From Tagaea sp. (lineage in GTDB: Bacteria > Pseudomonadota > Alphaproteobacteria > CACIAM-22H2), in NCBI GenBank assembly GCA_044224405.1, contig JBGAKN010000004.1, forward strand, positions 23,309 through 87,308: a stretch of DNA of 64,000 bases. The letters run 5' to 3'. The notes beneath the pieces are model-generated. The model saw only the letters and a program-made list of their open reading frames with translations, had not been told where the DNA came from and searched no databases. Positions 50,777 to 60,090 of this stretch are shown here, piece by piece. Each line of letters begins with the position of its first letter. Position 1 is the stretch's first letter. A program made the position numbers and the translations under genes.

Positions 50777-51445
50777 ATGGACTTCATCATGATGCTGACC
50801 CGCAGCGACCGCACGATCGAGGACGGCGACACGCTCGTCGACGACATCATCGCGATGGGCGTGCGGCACATCGGCTTCAAGGACGTGGGCGTGCCGTATC
50901 CGGTGATGGAGCGCATCGTCGCCAAGATCCACGCCGCGAAGGCGATCTCGTATCTCGAAGTCGTCAGCACGACGCCGGCTTCGGTCGTCGAATCGCTGAC
51001 GACGGCGAAGAAGCTGGGCGTGCAGCGGCTTCTCGGCGGCACCGACCTGAATGCCGCAAAGTCCGTTCTCGGCGATCTCAAGGGCTACTACCCGTTCCCC
51101 GGCAACCCGGTCGGGCATCCGACCAAGCTCGGCGGCTCGCCCGAGCTGGTGGCCGAGCATTGCCGGACCGCGCGCAAGCAGGGCTGCGGCGGCGTCGATC
51201 TGCTCGCCTACCGCGCGACCGAGGCCGACCCGATCGAACTGGTCCGTGCGGCGCGCGGCGCGCTCGACGGCGGCCTGCTGATCGTCGCAGGCAGCGTGAG
51301 CACGCCCAAACAGATCCGCGATCTCGCCAATGCCGGGGCCGATGCCTTCACGATCGGCTCGGCCGCGCTTGACGGTTCGTTCTCGCCGACCAAGGGCGCG
51401 CTTTCGAGCCAGATCGCCGACATCCTCGCCGCTTGCCGGATTTGA
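50777..51445 (+). CDS. Uncharacterised phosphate-binding TIM-barrel protein
   Basis: AAGGAG RBS; HIGFKDVG, YLEVVS, DLLAYR, IVAGSV...GADAFTIGSA resembles the standard phosphate-binding motif. Confidence 0.75.
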   Translation: MDFIMMLTRSDRTIEDGDTLVDDIIAMGVRHIGFKDVGVPYPVMERIVAKIHAAKAISYLEVVSTTPASVVESLTTAKKLGVQRLLGGTDLNAAKSVLGDLKGYYPFPGNPVGHPTKLGGSPELVAEHCRTARKQGCGGVDLLAYRATEADPIELVRAARGALDGGLLIVAGSVSTPKQIRDLANAGADAFTIGSAALDGSFSPTKGALSSQIADILAACRI

Positions 51446-51533
51446 TCAAAAAATTGACTACGGGTGCATGACGTGCGATAGAACTCCCGTCAAATATGGG
51501 ATTCCGGGCAACGGAATCCGGATATTTGATCAA
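51441..51533. promoter_or_regulatory. Operator array / long hairpin upstream of GntR
   Basis: TTTGATCAAA palindrome 51441-51450; stem TCAAATAT-G-GGATTCCG-GGCAA-CGGAATCC-GG-ATATTTGA 51490-51529; second TTGATCAA 51526-51533. Confidence 0.5.
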
Positions 51534-51553
51534 TTTCGGGAGGAACTCGCCGC

Positions 51554-52219
51554 GTGCCGCTCGATCCGGCCCCCATTTCGATCTGCGACCGGCTGCGCCA
51601 GGACATCCTCGTCGGCGCCTTCCCGTTCGGCGGCCGGCTGAAGATCGACGAGCTTTCCGACCGCTACACCACCAGCCACATGCCGATCCGCGAGGCGCTG
51701 CGCCAGCTCCAGGGCGAAGGCCTTGTCGTCGTCGAGCCAAATCGCGGTGCACGCGTGCGCGCGGTCGATCTCGATTTCGTGCGCGACATGTTCGACCTGC
51801 GCGTCGCGCTGGAATCGATGCTCGCCCGGCGCGCGGCCGAACGCATCACGCCCGAGCAGATCGGCCGCATCAAGCGCATCGAGGACGAACTCGAGGCGCA
51901 CGCGGCCAAGGCGGACTACTCCAACGTCCTCGCCTGCAACCAGGCCTTCCACGCCGCGATCAACGAGGCAGCCGGCAATGTCGAGGCGATCCGCATCCTC
52001 GAGCGGCACTGGAACATCATCATCGCGCTGTGGGGACGGCACGGCTACGGCTCCGAACGCGCGGCGGGCGTGATCTCCGATCACCGCCAGATCATCGTGG
52101 CGCTCGAGCAGCACGATGCCGAAGGTTCGGCGATCCTCGCCGCCGCGCACGCGGCCAAGGCGAAGCAGGAAATGGTCCGCCGTTTCCTCGCCAACTCGAA
52201 CGGCGGGCCCGCCGCATGA
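51554..52219 (+). CDS. GntR/FCD-family regulator
   Basis: TSHMPIREALRQLQGEG, PNRGA, NQAFH, DH; GGAGG RBS. Confidence 0.92.
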   Translation: MPLDPAPISICDRLRQDILVGAFPFGGRLKIDELSDRYTTSHMPIREALRQLQGEGLVVVEPNRGARVRAVDLDFVRDMFDLRVALESMLARRAAERITPEQIGRIKRIEDELEAHAAKADYSNVLACNQAFHAAINEAAGNVEAIRILERHWNIIIALWGRHGYGSERAAGVISDHRQIIVALEQHDAEGSAILAAAHAAKAKQEMVRRFLANSNGGPAA

Positions 52220-53343
52220 CGCCGCCCCTCGTCCGCATCGAGGCCTTCGCCTATCGCGCGACGGGCAAGACCGTCTGGGTCTTCGTGCGCCTCGTCGATG
52301 GCGACGGCCGGCACGGCTGGGGCGAAGCCACGCTGACGGGCCAGGAAGCCGCACTCGCCGCAAGCCACACACGCATCGCCGCGAAGCTGCAGGGATCGCC
52401 CGCCGATCCGCACCGCGACCTGATGAAGGACGCCGGCGTCGCGACCGGCGACCGCGCGGGTGCGGCCATCGTCAGCGCCGTCGACCAGGCGCTATGGGAC
52501 ATCGCGGGCAAGCGCGCCGGGCGCCCGATGAACGCGCTGCTGGAGAAGGCCGGCCCGCACGCCGTCAATCTCTACGCCAACATCAACCGCCGGACGACGA
52601 CACGTACGCCCGAAGGCTTCGCCCAGAGTGCCACGAAGGCGCTTGCCGACGGCTTCTCGGCGATCAAGCTCGCCCCGTTCGACGGCGTGCAGCCGGGCAG
52701 CGACAAGGGCGTCGCGCACGGCATCGCGTGCGCAGCCGCCGTGCGCGAGGCGATCGGGCCCGCGCGCAAGCTGATGATCGACTGCCACTGGCGCTTCGAC
52801 GAAGCGAATGCCGCACAAGCGCTCGACGAACTCGCGAAGCTCGGCCTGCACTGGTTCGAATGCCCGCTTCCCGAAACGCCCGACAACTATGAGGCCCTGC
52901 GCCGCCTGCGCAAGCGGGCGAACGCGTCGGGCGTGCTGACCGCGGGCTGCGAGATGGAAACCGGCCTCGAAGGGTTCCGGCCCTTCATCGAGCACGAGAT
53001 CTACGACGTGCTGATGCCGGACGTGAAATACGCGGGCGGCCTCGCCGAATTCCGCCGCATCGCCGAGTTCGCCGCCGCGCGCAACATCGCGACGGCCCCG
53101 CACAACCCGAGCGGCCCCGTCTGCCACCTCGCCAGCCTGCATGTGAGCGCGGGCCTGCCGGGCTTCCTGACGCTCGAACACCAATACGACGAGACACCGA
53201 ACTTCTTCGCCATCGTCGCGGGCGACGTGCCGCGCCCGATGGACGGGCTCTGCCCGCTCCCCGCGGGTCCCGGTCTTGGCATCGATCTTGTGACCGACGG
53301 CTTCGTGCCGCTGGCGGACTTCGCCGCCGGAGGACGCGCATGA
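52216..53343 (+). CDS. Enolase-superfamily (mandelate racemase subgroup) acid-sugar dehydratase-like protein
   Basis: GWGEAT, DQALWDIAGK, IKLAPFD, metal ligands in MIDCH/WFECP/GCEM, APHN, GPGLG. Confidence 0.88.
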   Translation: MTPPLVRIEAFAYRATGKTVWVFVRLVDGDGRHGWGEATLTGQEAALAASHTRIAAKLQGSPADPHRDLMKDAGVATGDRAGAAIVSAVDQALWDIAGKRAGRPMNALLEKAGPHAVNLYANINRRTTTRTPEGFAQSATKALADGFSAIKLAPFDGVQPGSDKGVAHGIACAAAVREAIGPARKLMIDCHWRFDEANAAQALDELAKLGLHWFECPLPETPDNYEALRRLRKRANASGVLTAGCEMETGLEGFRPFIEHEIYDVLMPDVKYAGGLAEFRRIAEFAAARNIATAPHNPSGPVCHLASLHVSAGLPGFLTLEHQYDETPNFFAIVAGDVPRPMDGLCPLPAGPGLGIDLVTDGFVPLADFAAGGRA

Positions 53344-54116
53344 TCGTGTTCGCACGCCTGCGCCGCCTGCTGGAGTTCGCGCTCGCCCTCGGCGTCGTCG
53401 GCGTGCTTTGGCATCTGGTGGCACTGCGCGTCGCCAACGCCACGCTCGTGCCTGCCCCGCTCAAGGTCGCGGGCGCCTGGCTCGAACTGCTCGCGAGCGA
53501 TCTTCCGACCGACATCGCCGCAAGCCTCGTACATCTGGGGACCGGGTTCGGCGCCGGCGCCGCTCTCGGCCTGTTCCTTGCCGTGCTGTGCGCACGCTTC
53601 GCTCTGGTCGATGCCATCGCCGACCCGGCGATGGAACTGCTGCGCCCCATCGGCGCCATCGCGTGGATACCGATCGCGATCATCATGTTCGGCATCGGGC
53701 GCGGCGTGCCGATCTTCCTGATCTTCTACGCCTCGATCTTCCCGATCTTCGTCAACACGCTGGCCGGAATCCGGCAGGTGGACCGCAACCTCCTCAACGC
53801 CGCGCGCACGCTGGGGGCACCTCCGCGCATGATCGTCACGCACGTGGTTCTGCCGGCAGCCCTGCCGCTGGTGCTGGCGGGTGCGCGCCTCAGCCTCGGC
53901 GTCGCGTGGGCCGCGATGGTGGCGGCGGAACTCACCGGTGCCGATGCAGGGCTCGGCTGGCGGATCTTCTGGTACCAGGAGTTCTTCGCCATGGACAAGG
54001 TCATGGCCGTGATCCTGACCATCGGCGTTCTCGGCTATGCGCTCGATCTCGCATTGCGCCGCCTTCAGGCCGCGATGACACGCTGGAGCGCCGACACGCG
54101 CGCGGAGGCGGCATGA
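53340..54116 (+). CDS. ABC permease (SsuC/TauC-like)
   Basis: LRPIGAIAWIP, AARTLGA EAA loop, AAEL. Confidence 0.92.
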   Translation: MIVFARLRRLLEFALALGVVGVLWHLVALRVANATLVPAPLKVAGAWLELLASDLPTDIAASLVHLGTGFGAGAALGLFLAVLCARFALVDAIADPAMELLRPIGAIAWIPIAIIMFGIGRGVPIFLIFYASIFPIFVNTLAGIRQVDRNLLNAARTLGAPPRMIVTHVVLPAALPLVLAGARLSLGVAWAAMVAAELTGADAGLGWRIFWYQEFFAMDKVMAVILTIGVLGYALDLALRRLQAAMTRWSADTRAEAA

Positions 54117-54892
54117 CGCTTTCCCAGCGCCGCATCGCACCCCTCGCCTTTCTCGTCCTGCTGCTCGCGACGTGGGAAGCGCTGGCGCGTGCGACCGGCT
54201 CGCTCGCGATCGTGCCCTATCCCGCCGGCATCGCCGAAGCGGCCGTGCGTTCGGTCGGCGACGGCACGCTGATGAAGGCCATCGGCGGCAGCCTGCAACG
54301 CGTGCTGACCGGCTTCGCGCTGGGCGCGCTGTTCGGCATCCCGCTCGGCCTGCTGATGGGGCTGGTCGATCCGTTCCGACGCGCACTCGATCCCATCGTC
54401 GACTCCTTGCGCGCCATCGCACCCATCGCGTGGATCCCGATGGCGCTGCTGTGGCTTGGCATCCGCGGCAACGCGGCACTCTTCATCGTCGCCTATGCGG
54501 CCTTCTTCCCCTTCGTCCTCAACACGATCCAGGCGGTGCGCCTGGTCGACAGGCGGCTGATCGACGCCGGGCGCGCATTGGGCGCGGGGCGCTGGCTGCT
54601 GCTGCGCGCCGTCATCGTGCCCGCCGTGCTGCCCGTCGTCGTCACGGGGGCACGCATCGCGATGGCCTTCGCGTGGGGATCGATCATCGCCGCGGAGATG
54701 GCCATCGGCATCAAGGTCAATCCCGGCGGTGCGGCCACCGTCGGGCTCGGGCAGCTGATGGTCAACACGCTCTACATCAAACGCGACATCAACGGATTGG
54801 TCCTCTACATGGCAAGCATCGGACTGGTGAGCCTCGCGATCGACTACGGCGTGCGCGCCCTGCAGCGTGCGGTGATGCCATGGCAGCGCTAG
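54113..54892 (+). CDS. ABC permease (SsuC/TauC-like)
   Basis: LRAIAPIAWIP, AGRALGA, AAEM. Confidence 0.92.
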   Translation: MTLSQRRIAPLAFLVLLLATWEALARATGSLAIVPYPAGIAEAAVRSVGDGTLMKAIGGSLQRVLTGFALGALFGIPLGLLMGLVDPFRRALDPIVDSLRAIAPIAWIPMALLWLGIRGNAALFIVAYAAFFPFVLNTIQAVRLVDRRLIDAGRALGAGRWLLLRAVIVPAVLPVVVTGARIAMAFAWGSIIAAEMAIGIKVNPGGAATVGLGQLMVNTLYIKRDINGLVLYMASIGLVSLAIDYGVRALQRAVMPWQR

Positions 54893-55695
54893 GCACCGCG
54901 AAGATCGAGGCGCGCGGCCTCTGCAAGACCTACGTGTCGGCCAGCAAGGGCACGCAGGTGGAGGCGCTGCGCGACGTCTCGTTCCGCGTCGAGGCGAACG
55001 AGTTCGTCTCCATCGTCGGCCCGTCGGGCTGCGGCAAGTCGACCCTGCTGTCGCTCGTCGCCGGCTTCGCCGAACCCAGTGCCGGCAGCGTGCTCTTCGA
55101 CGGCGCGCCGGTGACCGGCCCCGGCCCGGAACGCGGCGTCATGTTCCAGGACTATGCGCTGTTCCCGTGGCGCACGGTGCGCGGCAACATCGAGTTCGGC
55201 CCGCTCGCGCGCGGCATCGATGCCGCCGAGCGCGCGCGCATTTCCGCGAAATACATCGAGATGGTCGGCCTGTCGGGTTTCGAGGACCGCTACCCGCACG
55301 AGCTTTCCGGCGGCATGCGCCAGCGCTGCGCGCTCGCCCGCCTGCTCGCCAACCAGCCGGACGTCTGGCTGATGGACGAACCGCTCGCGGCCGTCGATCT
55401 CCAGACGCGCGTGATCCTGCAGGACGAACTGCTGCGTCTGTGGGGCGACGGCGGCGACAAGGCGAAGCGCCGTTCGGTGATGTTCGTCACGCACGGCATC
55501 GACGAGGCCGTCTATCTCTCCGACCGCGTCGTGGTGCTCGGCCGCCGCCCGGGCCAGATCAAGGAGATCGTCTCCATCGACCTGCCCCGCCCGCGCACCG
55601 ACGCGCGCACGTCGGCGCAAGCCGCGCGCTATGTCGATTACATCTGGAACCTGATCCGTGCCGAAGCCGCACGCGCCATCGTCGAAGAACCATAA
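54880..55695 (+). CDS. ABC ATPase (SsuB/TauB-like)
   Basis: [24 protein letters not shown]. Confidence 0.93.
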   Translation: MAALGTAKIEARGLCKTYVSASKGTQVEALRDVSFRVEANEFVSIVGPSGCGKSTLLSLVAGFAEPSAGSVLFDGAPVTGPGPERGVMFQDYALFPWRTVRGNIEFGPLARGIDAAERARISAKYIEMVGLSGFEDRYPHELSGGMRQRCALARLLANQPDVWLMDEPLAAVDLQTRVILQDELLRLWGDGGDKAKRRSVMFVTHGIDEAVYLSDRVVVLGRRPGQIKEIVSIDLPRPRTDARTSAQAARYVDYIWNLIRAEAARAIVEEP

Positions 55696-55716
55696 AATCA
55701 AAACCCGGAGGAACCC

Positions 55717-56931
55717 ATGACCGATAATTCGAGCTTTCCCCGCCGCTCCGTCCTCCGCATGGCCAGCGCCGCCGCCATCGCCGGCCTGCCGCTGTTCCGC
55801 GCGAGCCCGTCGCTCGCGCAGGCCCTCAAGATGACGATGGGCGTGGGCCTCACCAACGACGGCGCGCCGCTCGTCTTCGCCATGCAGCGCGACAAGCTGC
55901 TGGAAAAGGCGGCCGAGGAACTGGGCCTGCGCATCGATGCCGAATATCTCAACTTCCCCGTCCTGCTTCGCATGTTGCAGGGGCTCGCGGCCGGCCAGCT
56001 CGATATCGGCATGCTCGGTTCCACGCCGACGATCCGCAACCTCTCGCAGCCCAACCCGGCCGTGCCCCTCGCGATCGGCGGCGGCGGCATCAAGTTCCCG
56101 CTGCAGGTGCCCAAGGGCTCGCCGATCAAGAACCTCAACGACCTGCGCGGCAAGACGATCCTCACCATCGTCGGCTCCGACCTGCATCTCGTGCTCATGT
56201 TGATGCTGAAGGCGCATTTCGGCACCGACGACGTCAAGGAACTGAACATCACGGTGAAGAACATCCAGGCCTTCACCGAACTGACGCGCGCGCAGCCCGG
56301 CATCGACGCGGTGCTGAACGTCGATCCCGCCGCGCGCGGTGCCGAGAACGCGGGCGAACTCGTTGCGCTGGTGCGCAACGACGGCTCGACCGGTCCCGCC
56401 TATGACGGGCCCGAGGGTAAGGGCGAAGGCCATCGCGTGGCGAGCTTCAGCAAGACCGGCTTCTATCCGGAAGCCTATTACCCGCACCGCATCTGGTGGG
56501 TCGCGCGCGAGGCGTTCATGCGCGAGAACCCCAAGGCGGTGACGGCGCTTCTCGTCGCCAATGCCCGCGCGGTCAAGCTCACGACCCAGATGAATGCCGA
56601 CCAGGTCATCGACCTTGCCAGCGCGGAATGGTTCAGCGATCGCGCGGCGCAGCGCCCCTACGTGGAGAACATCCTTTATCGCAAGCGTGGCTGGTCGTGG
56701 ATCACCGAAGGCGACGCGCGCTCGCTGATCGAGATGTCGAAGGTGAAGACCATCTTCCAGACCGAGCTGACCGCGGACGTGGTCAAACGCACGCTTGCAC
56801 TTGGCGCACCGCTGTCGCGCGACGCGTGGGAGCGCGTGGGCAAGGACCCCGCGGTCGATGTCATGACCGACGCCAAGGCACCCGACACGCGCGGCATTCC
56901 CGTCTGGGATGCGGCGAACTGGAAGATCTGA
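55717..56931 (+). CDS. ABC substrate-binding protein (SsuA/NMT1-like), Tat signal
   Basis: PRRSVL twin-arginine signal; GQLDIG, SPIKNLNDLRGKTI; GGAGG RBS. Confidence 0.85.
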   Translation: MTDNSSFPRRSVLRMASAAAIAGLPLFRASPSLAQALKMTMGVGLTNDGAPLVFAMQRDKLLEKAAEELGLRIDAEYLNFPVLLRMLQGLAAGQLDIGMLGSTPTIRNLSQPNPAVPLAIGGGGIKFPLQVPKGSPIKNLNDLRGKTILTIVGSDLHLVLMLMLKAHFGTDDVKELNITVKNIQAFTELTRAQPGIDAVLNVDPAARGAENAGELVALVRNDGSTGPAYDGPEGKGEGHRVASFSKTGFYPEAYYPHRIWWVAREAFMRENPKAVTALLVANARAVKLTTQMNADQVIDLASAEWFSDRAAQRPYVENILYRKRGWSWITEGDARSLIEMSKVKTIFQTELTADVVKRTLALGAPLSRDAWERVGKDPAVDVMTDAKAPDTRGIPVWDAANWKI

Positions 56932-56933
56932 AC

Positions 56934-57821
56934 GTGCCGACGATCGAACGCGAAGCCGTCTTCGCGGTCCAGCACGCCAATGCGATGACCGGCGAGACGC
57001 CCTTCTGGGACGTCTCGACCGGCACGCTCTGGTGGATCGATATCCAGGCCCAGCGCCTGCTCGGCCATCGGCCCGACGGCGGCCCGTCGCACGACATCGC
57101 CCTGCCCTCGATGCCGGGCTTCGTGACCGGCCGGCGGCAGGGCGGGCTGCTGCTCGGGCTCGAAGACGGGATCTATCCGTTCGATCCGGCTTCCGGATTG
57201 GGCGCGCGCATCGTCGCGGTCGAGGCCGACGATGCGCGCACGCGCATCAACGACGGCCGCGCCGATCCGGCCGGCCGCCTGTGGTTCGGCACGATGGACA
57301 AGTCCGGTTCGGGCGAGCCCATCGGCGCGCTCTACCGGATGGAAACGGACGGGCGGGTCGAGAAGGTCCGCACCGGCGTGCGCGTCCCCAACGGCATCGA
57401 GTTCTCGCCCGACGGCACGCGCTTCTATTTCGCGGACTCCCGCACGCACACGATCGAGGCGATGCCCTACGAAGTGGCGAGCGGAAAGCCTGGGCCTTCT
57501 TCTGTCTTCGCGAAGTATCCCGAGAATTTCATCCCCGACGGAAGCTGTATCGATGCCGAAGGCTGCCTGTGGGTGGCGCTGATCGGTGCCGGACGGATCG
57601 AACGCCGCCGCCCCGACGGATCGGTCGATGGCGGCGTCGATCTTCCGGTTTCGCGCCCGACGATGCCGCATATCGGCGGCCCCGACGGGCGAACGATGTT
57701 CGTCACCTCGCAACGCCGCTTCCTCACGCGCGAAGGGCTGGCAGCCGAGAAGCTGGCGGGCGATCTTCTGGCGCTCCGGGTTCCGGTTTCCGCCCGTCCG
57801 CCCTTGCTTGCAGGAATCTGA
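56934..57821 (+). CDS. SMP-30/gluconolactonase-family lactonase
   Basis: GETPFWD, LWWIDI, RINDG, PNGIEFSPDG, PDG..IDAEG.LWVA. Confidence 0.92.
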   Translation: MPTIEREAVFAVQHANAMTGETPFWDVSTGTLWWIDIQAQRLLGHRPDGGPSHDIALPSMPGFVTGRRQGGLLLGLEDGIYPFDPASGLGARIVAVEADDARTRINDGRADPAGRLWFGTMDKSGSGEPIGALYRMETDGRVEKVRTGVRVPNGIEFSPDGTRFYFADSRTHTIEAMPYEVASGKPGPSSVFAKYPENFIPDGSCIDAEGCLWVALIGAGRIERRRPDGSVDGGVDLPVSRPTMPHIGGPDGRTMFVTSQRRFLTREGLAAEKLAGDLLALRVPVSARPPLLAGI

Positions 57822-57825
57822 CGCC

Positions 57826-58629
57826 ATGCCGAACCATTTCTCGATGAAAGGCCGCAACTGCCTCGTCACCGGCGGCAGCGTTTCCATCGGCCGCGCGATC
57901 GCGCTCGGCTTCGCCGAGTACGGCGCCTCGGTCGCGATCCATCATTCGGCCGCCGCCGATGCGGCCTTCGGCGTGCCGGATGCGGCCAGCGACACGGTCG
58001 CCGCGATCCGCGCCTTCGGCGTCGCCGGCCATGCCGTGGAGGCCGACCTTGCGGATCGGCAGGGTGCCCGCCGAGCATACGAAGGCGCCGTCGCGGCACT
58101 CGGCCAGGTCGACGTGCTCGTCGTGTGCGCCTCGGTCCAGAAGCGCGAGGAATTCACCGAGATCTCGGACGAACAGTATGAGCTGCAGACGCAGATCAAT
58201 TTCCGCGCCACCATCGACCTGCTCAAGCTCGCCGTGCCACCGATGCGCGCGCGCAAGTGGGGCCGCGTGCTGACGATCGGAAGCATCAACCAGCTTTCGC
58301 CCGAGCCGCAGCTCGCGGTCTACGCCGCGCTGAAAAGCGCGCAGGCGAACCTCGCGATCAATCTCGCCGTCCAGTGCGCGCGTGACAACGTGATGGTGAA
58401 CAACCTGTCGCCCGGCATCGTCGAGACCGAGCGCAACCGCTGGCGCCGCAAGGACGCCGAAGAGTGGAAGCAGATTCAGGCGAAAGCGTCGCCGACGATG
58501 GGGCGCGCCGCGCGGCCCGAGGAAATGGTGGGCGCGGCCCTGCTGCTGTGCTCGGAAGCCGCAAGCTACATCGCCGGAACCGACATCATGGTGACGGCCG
58601 GCGCACATCTTCCCGGAGGTTTCAGGTGA
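57826..58629 (+). CDS. Short-chain dehydrogenase/reductase
   Basis: VTGGSVSIG, YAALK, NNLSPG; AGGA RBS. Confidence 0.9.
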   Translation: MPNHFSMKGRNCLVTGGSVSIGRAIALGFAEYGASVAIHHSAAADAAFGVPDAASDTVAAIRAFGVAGHAVEADLADRQGARRAYEGAVAALGQVDVLVVCASVQKREEFTEISDEQYELQTQINFRATIDLLKLAVPPMRARKWGRVLTIGSINQLSPEPQLAVYAALKSAQANLAINLAVQCARDNVMVNNLSPGIVETERNRWRRKDAEEWKQIQAKASPTMGRAARPEEMVGAALLLCSEAASYIAGTDIMVTAGAHLPGGFR

Positions 58630-60035
58630 ACGGTTTCGTCGGCATCACGATCTTCCCCGAATTTTTCCAGAACGAGGGCGTGGACGGCGCGCTCGACAAT
58701 CTGGTGCGCCGTGCGGGCGCCACGGCCATCGCGACGTCGCCCTACGTGATGGCGCCCGCACCCGACGGCCAGGGTTCGCGCGAACCGCCGGCGGACGCCG
58801 GCGCCGGCAAGGTGCGCCTGCTCGACCGGCCGCTGTGGGGCCGGCGCGAGCTTTTCGTACGCACGGCGCCCAGCTTCGCGCCCGATCTGTCGCTATATAA
58901 AGGTCTGCGCTATCCGCCGGCACAGGCCGACGCGCTGACGCACAGCGACGGCCACGTCATCGCCGACGCGATCAAGGGTGCCAAGGCGCGCGGGCTGGAG
59001 GTGTATCTGCAGGTGCAGGCGGTCATCCCGCCGGGCTACCGCGTGCAGTTCGGCGGCCCGCAGGAAGACGACCGGCCGCGCCTGCCCGACGGCGGGTCGC
59101 CCGCCGTGCGCGTCGACAACAACGCCTCGCTTGCGAGCCCGCATATCCGCGACTATGCCCGCGCGATGGTGCGCGATCTCGTGCGCGCCTATCCGCAGAT
59201 CGACGGGCTGCGCATCGACTGGCCGGAATACCCGCCCTACTCGCTCGACGGCGCCTTCTTCGATTTCGGCCCGCATGCGCGGGACGCGGCAAAGCGGCTT
59301 GGCTTCGATTTCGAGGCGATGCGAGAAGCGGCCGGCGCGCTGCGTTCCCGCCTGCTCGGCGGCCTCACCGCCGGTGATCTCGCCGGTTGGGCGAGCGGGG
59401 CCGAGCCGGTCGAAAAGCTGTTCGGCGGCACGCCGGCGCTGGCCGACTGGCTGCGTTTCAAGGCGAAACTGTCGGCCGAGATCATCCAGGTCTTCCGCGA
59501 GGCGCTCGACGCTTCCGGCGCCAAGCACATGAAGCTCGTCCCCAACGCCTTCCCGCCGCCATGGACGGCGCTGAGCGGCATGCCGTTCGCCGACCTTGCC
59601 GGGCGCTGCCAGGGCGTGTCGGTAAAGCTCTATACGATGCACTGGCCGATGATGGTCCGCGCATGGGCCGACGCGCTCGCATCCGCGAACCCGTCGATCG
59701 CGGCCGACCCCAATCTGGGGCGCGGCATCGCCCGCCTGTTCGCCACCAACGACGATCCGGGCCCTGCACGCCTCGAGGACTGGCGCTATCCCGAGCCCGA
59801 AGAACCGCATCCGGTGGGCGCGAAGACGCAGGAATCCAAGATACGCGCCGCACGCGCCGCCGCGGGCAGCGTGCCGGTCTACGCGCTCGCCCACGGCTAC
59901 GGCCCCGTCGCCGATTTCGAGGCGCGCTGCGCCATCGCGTGGCGCGCGTCGGGCGGGAAGCTCTGGGTCAACCGCTACGGATATCTCGCGGATGCGAAGC
60001 TCGACGCGATCGGAAGGGTGCGTGCGCTTGCTTGA
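58626..60035 (+). CDS. Uncharacterised enzyme, possible TIM-barrel/glycoside-hydrolase-like fold
   Basis: GTGA overlap and GGAGG RBS; AKARGLEVYL, DLVRAYPQIDGLRIDWPEY, WLRFK pattern. Confidence 0.7.
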   Translation: MNGFVGITIFPEFFQNEGVDGALDNLVRRAGATAIATSPYVMAPAPDGQGSREPPADAGAGKVRLLDRPLWGRRELFVRTAPSFAPDLSLYKGLRYPPAQADALTHSDGHVIADAIKGAKARGLEVYLQVQAVIPPGYRVQFGGPQEDDRPRLPDGGSPAVRVDNNASLASPHIRDYARAMVRDLVRAYPQIDGLRIDWPEYPPYSLDGAFFDFGPHARDAAKRLGFDFEAMREAAGALRSRLLGGLTAGDLAGWASGAEPVEKLFGGTPALADWLRFKAKLSAEIIQVFREALDASGAKHMKLVPNAFPPPWTALSGMPFADLAGRCQGVSVKLYTMHWPMMVRAWADALASANPSIAADPNLGRGIARLFATNDDPGPARLEDWRYPEPEEPHPVGAKTQESKIRAARAAAGSVPVYALAHGYGPVADFEARCAIAWRASGGKLWVNRYGYLADAKLDAIGRVRALA

Positions 60036-60090
60036 CCGCCTTTCTCGCGTACCTATACTCGACACAAACATAAAACCGGGAGGAACGACG

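Noticed and set aside
45055-51445. Archaeal-type ether lipid biosynthesis cluster (G1PDH plus GGGP synthase)
   Set aside because: The TIM barrel lacks the PcrB/GGGPS N-terminal motif, no UbiA-type or polyprenyl synthase gene is nearby, and DeoR control with oxidoreductases points to catabolism.
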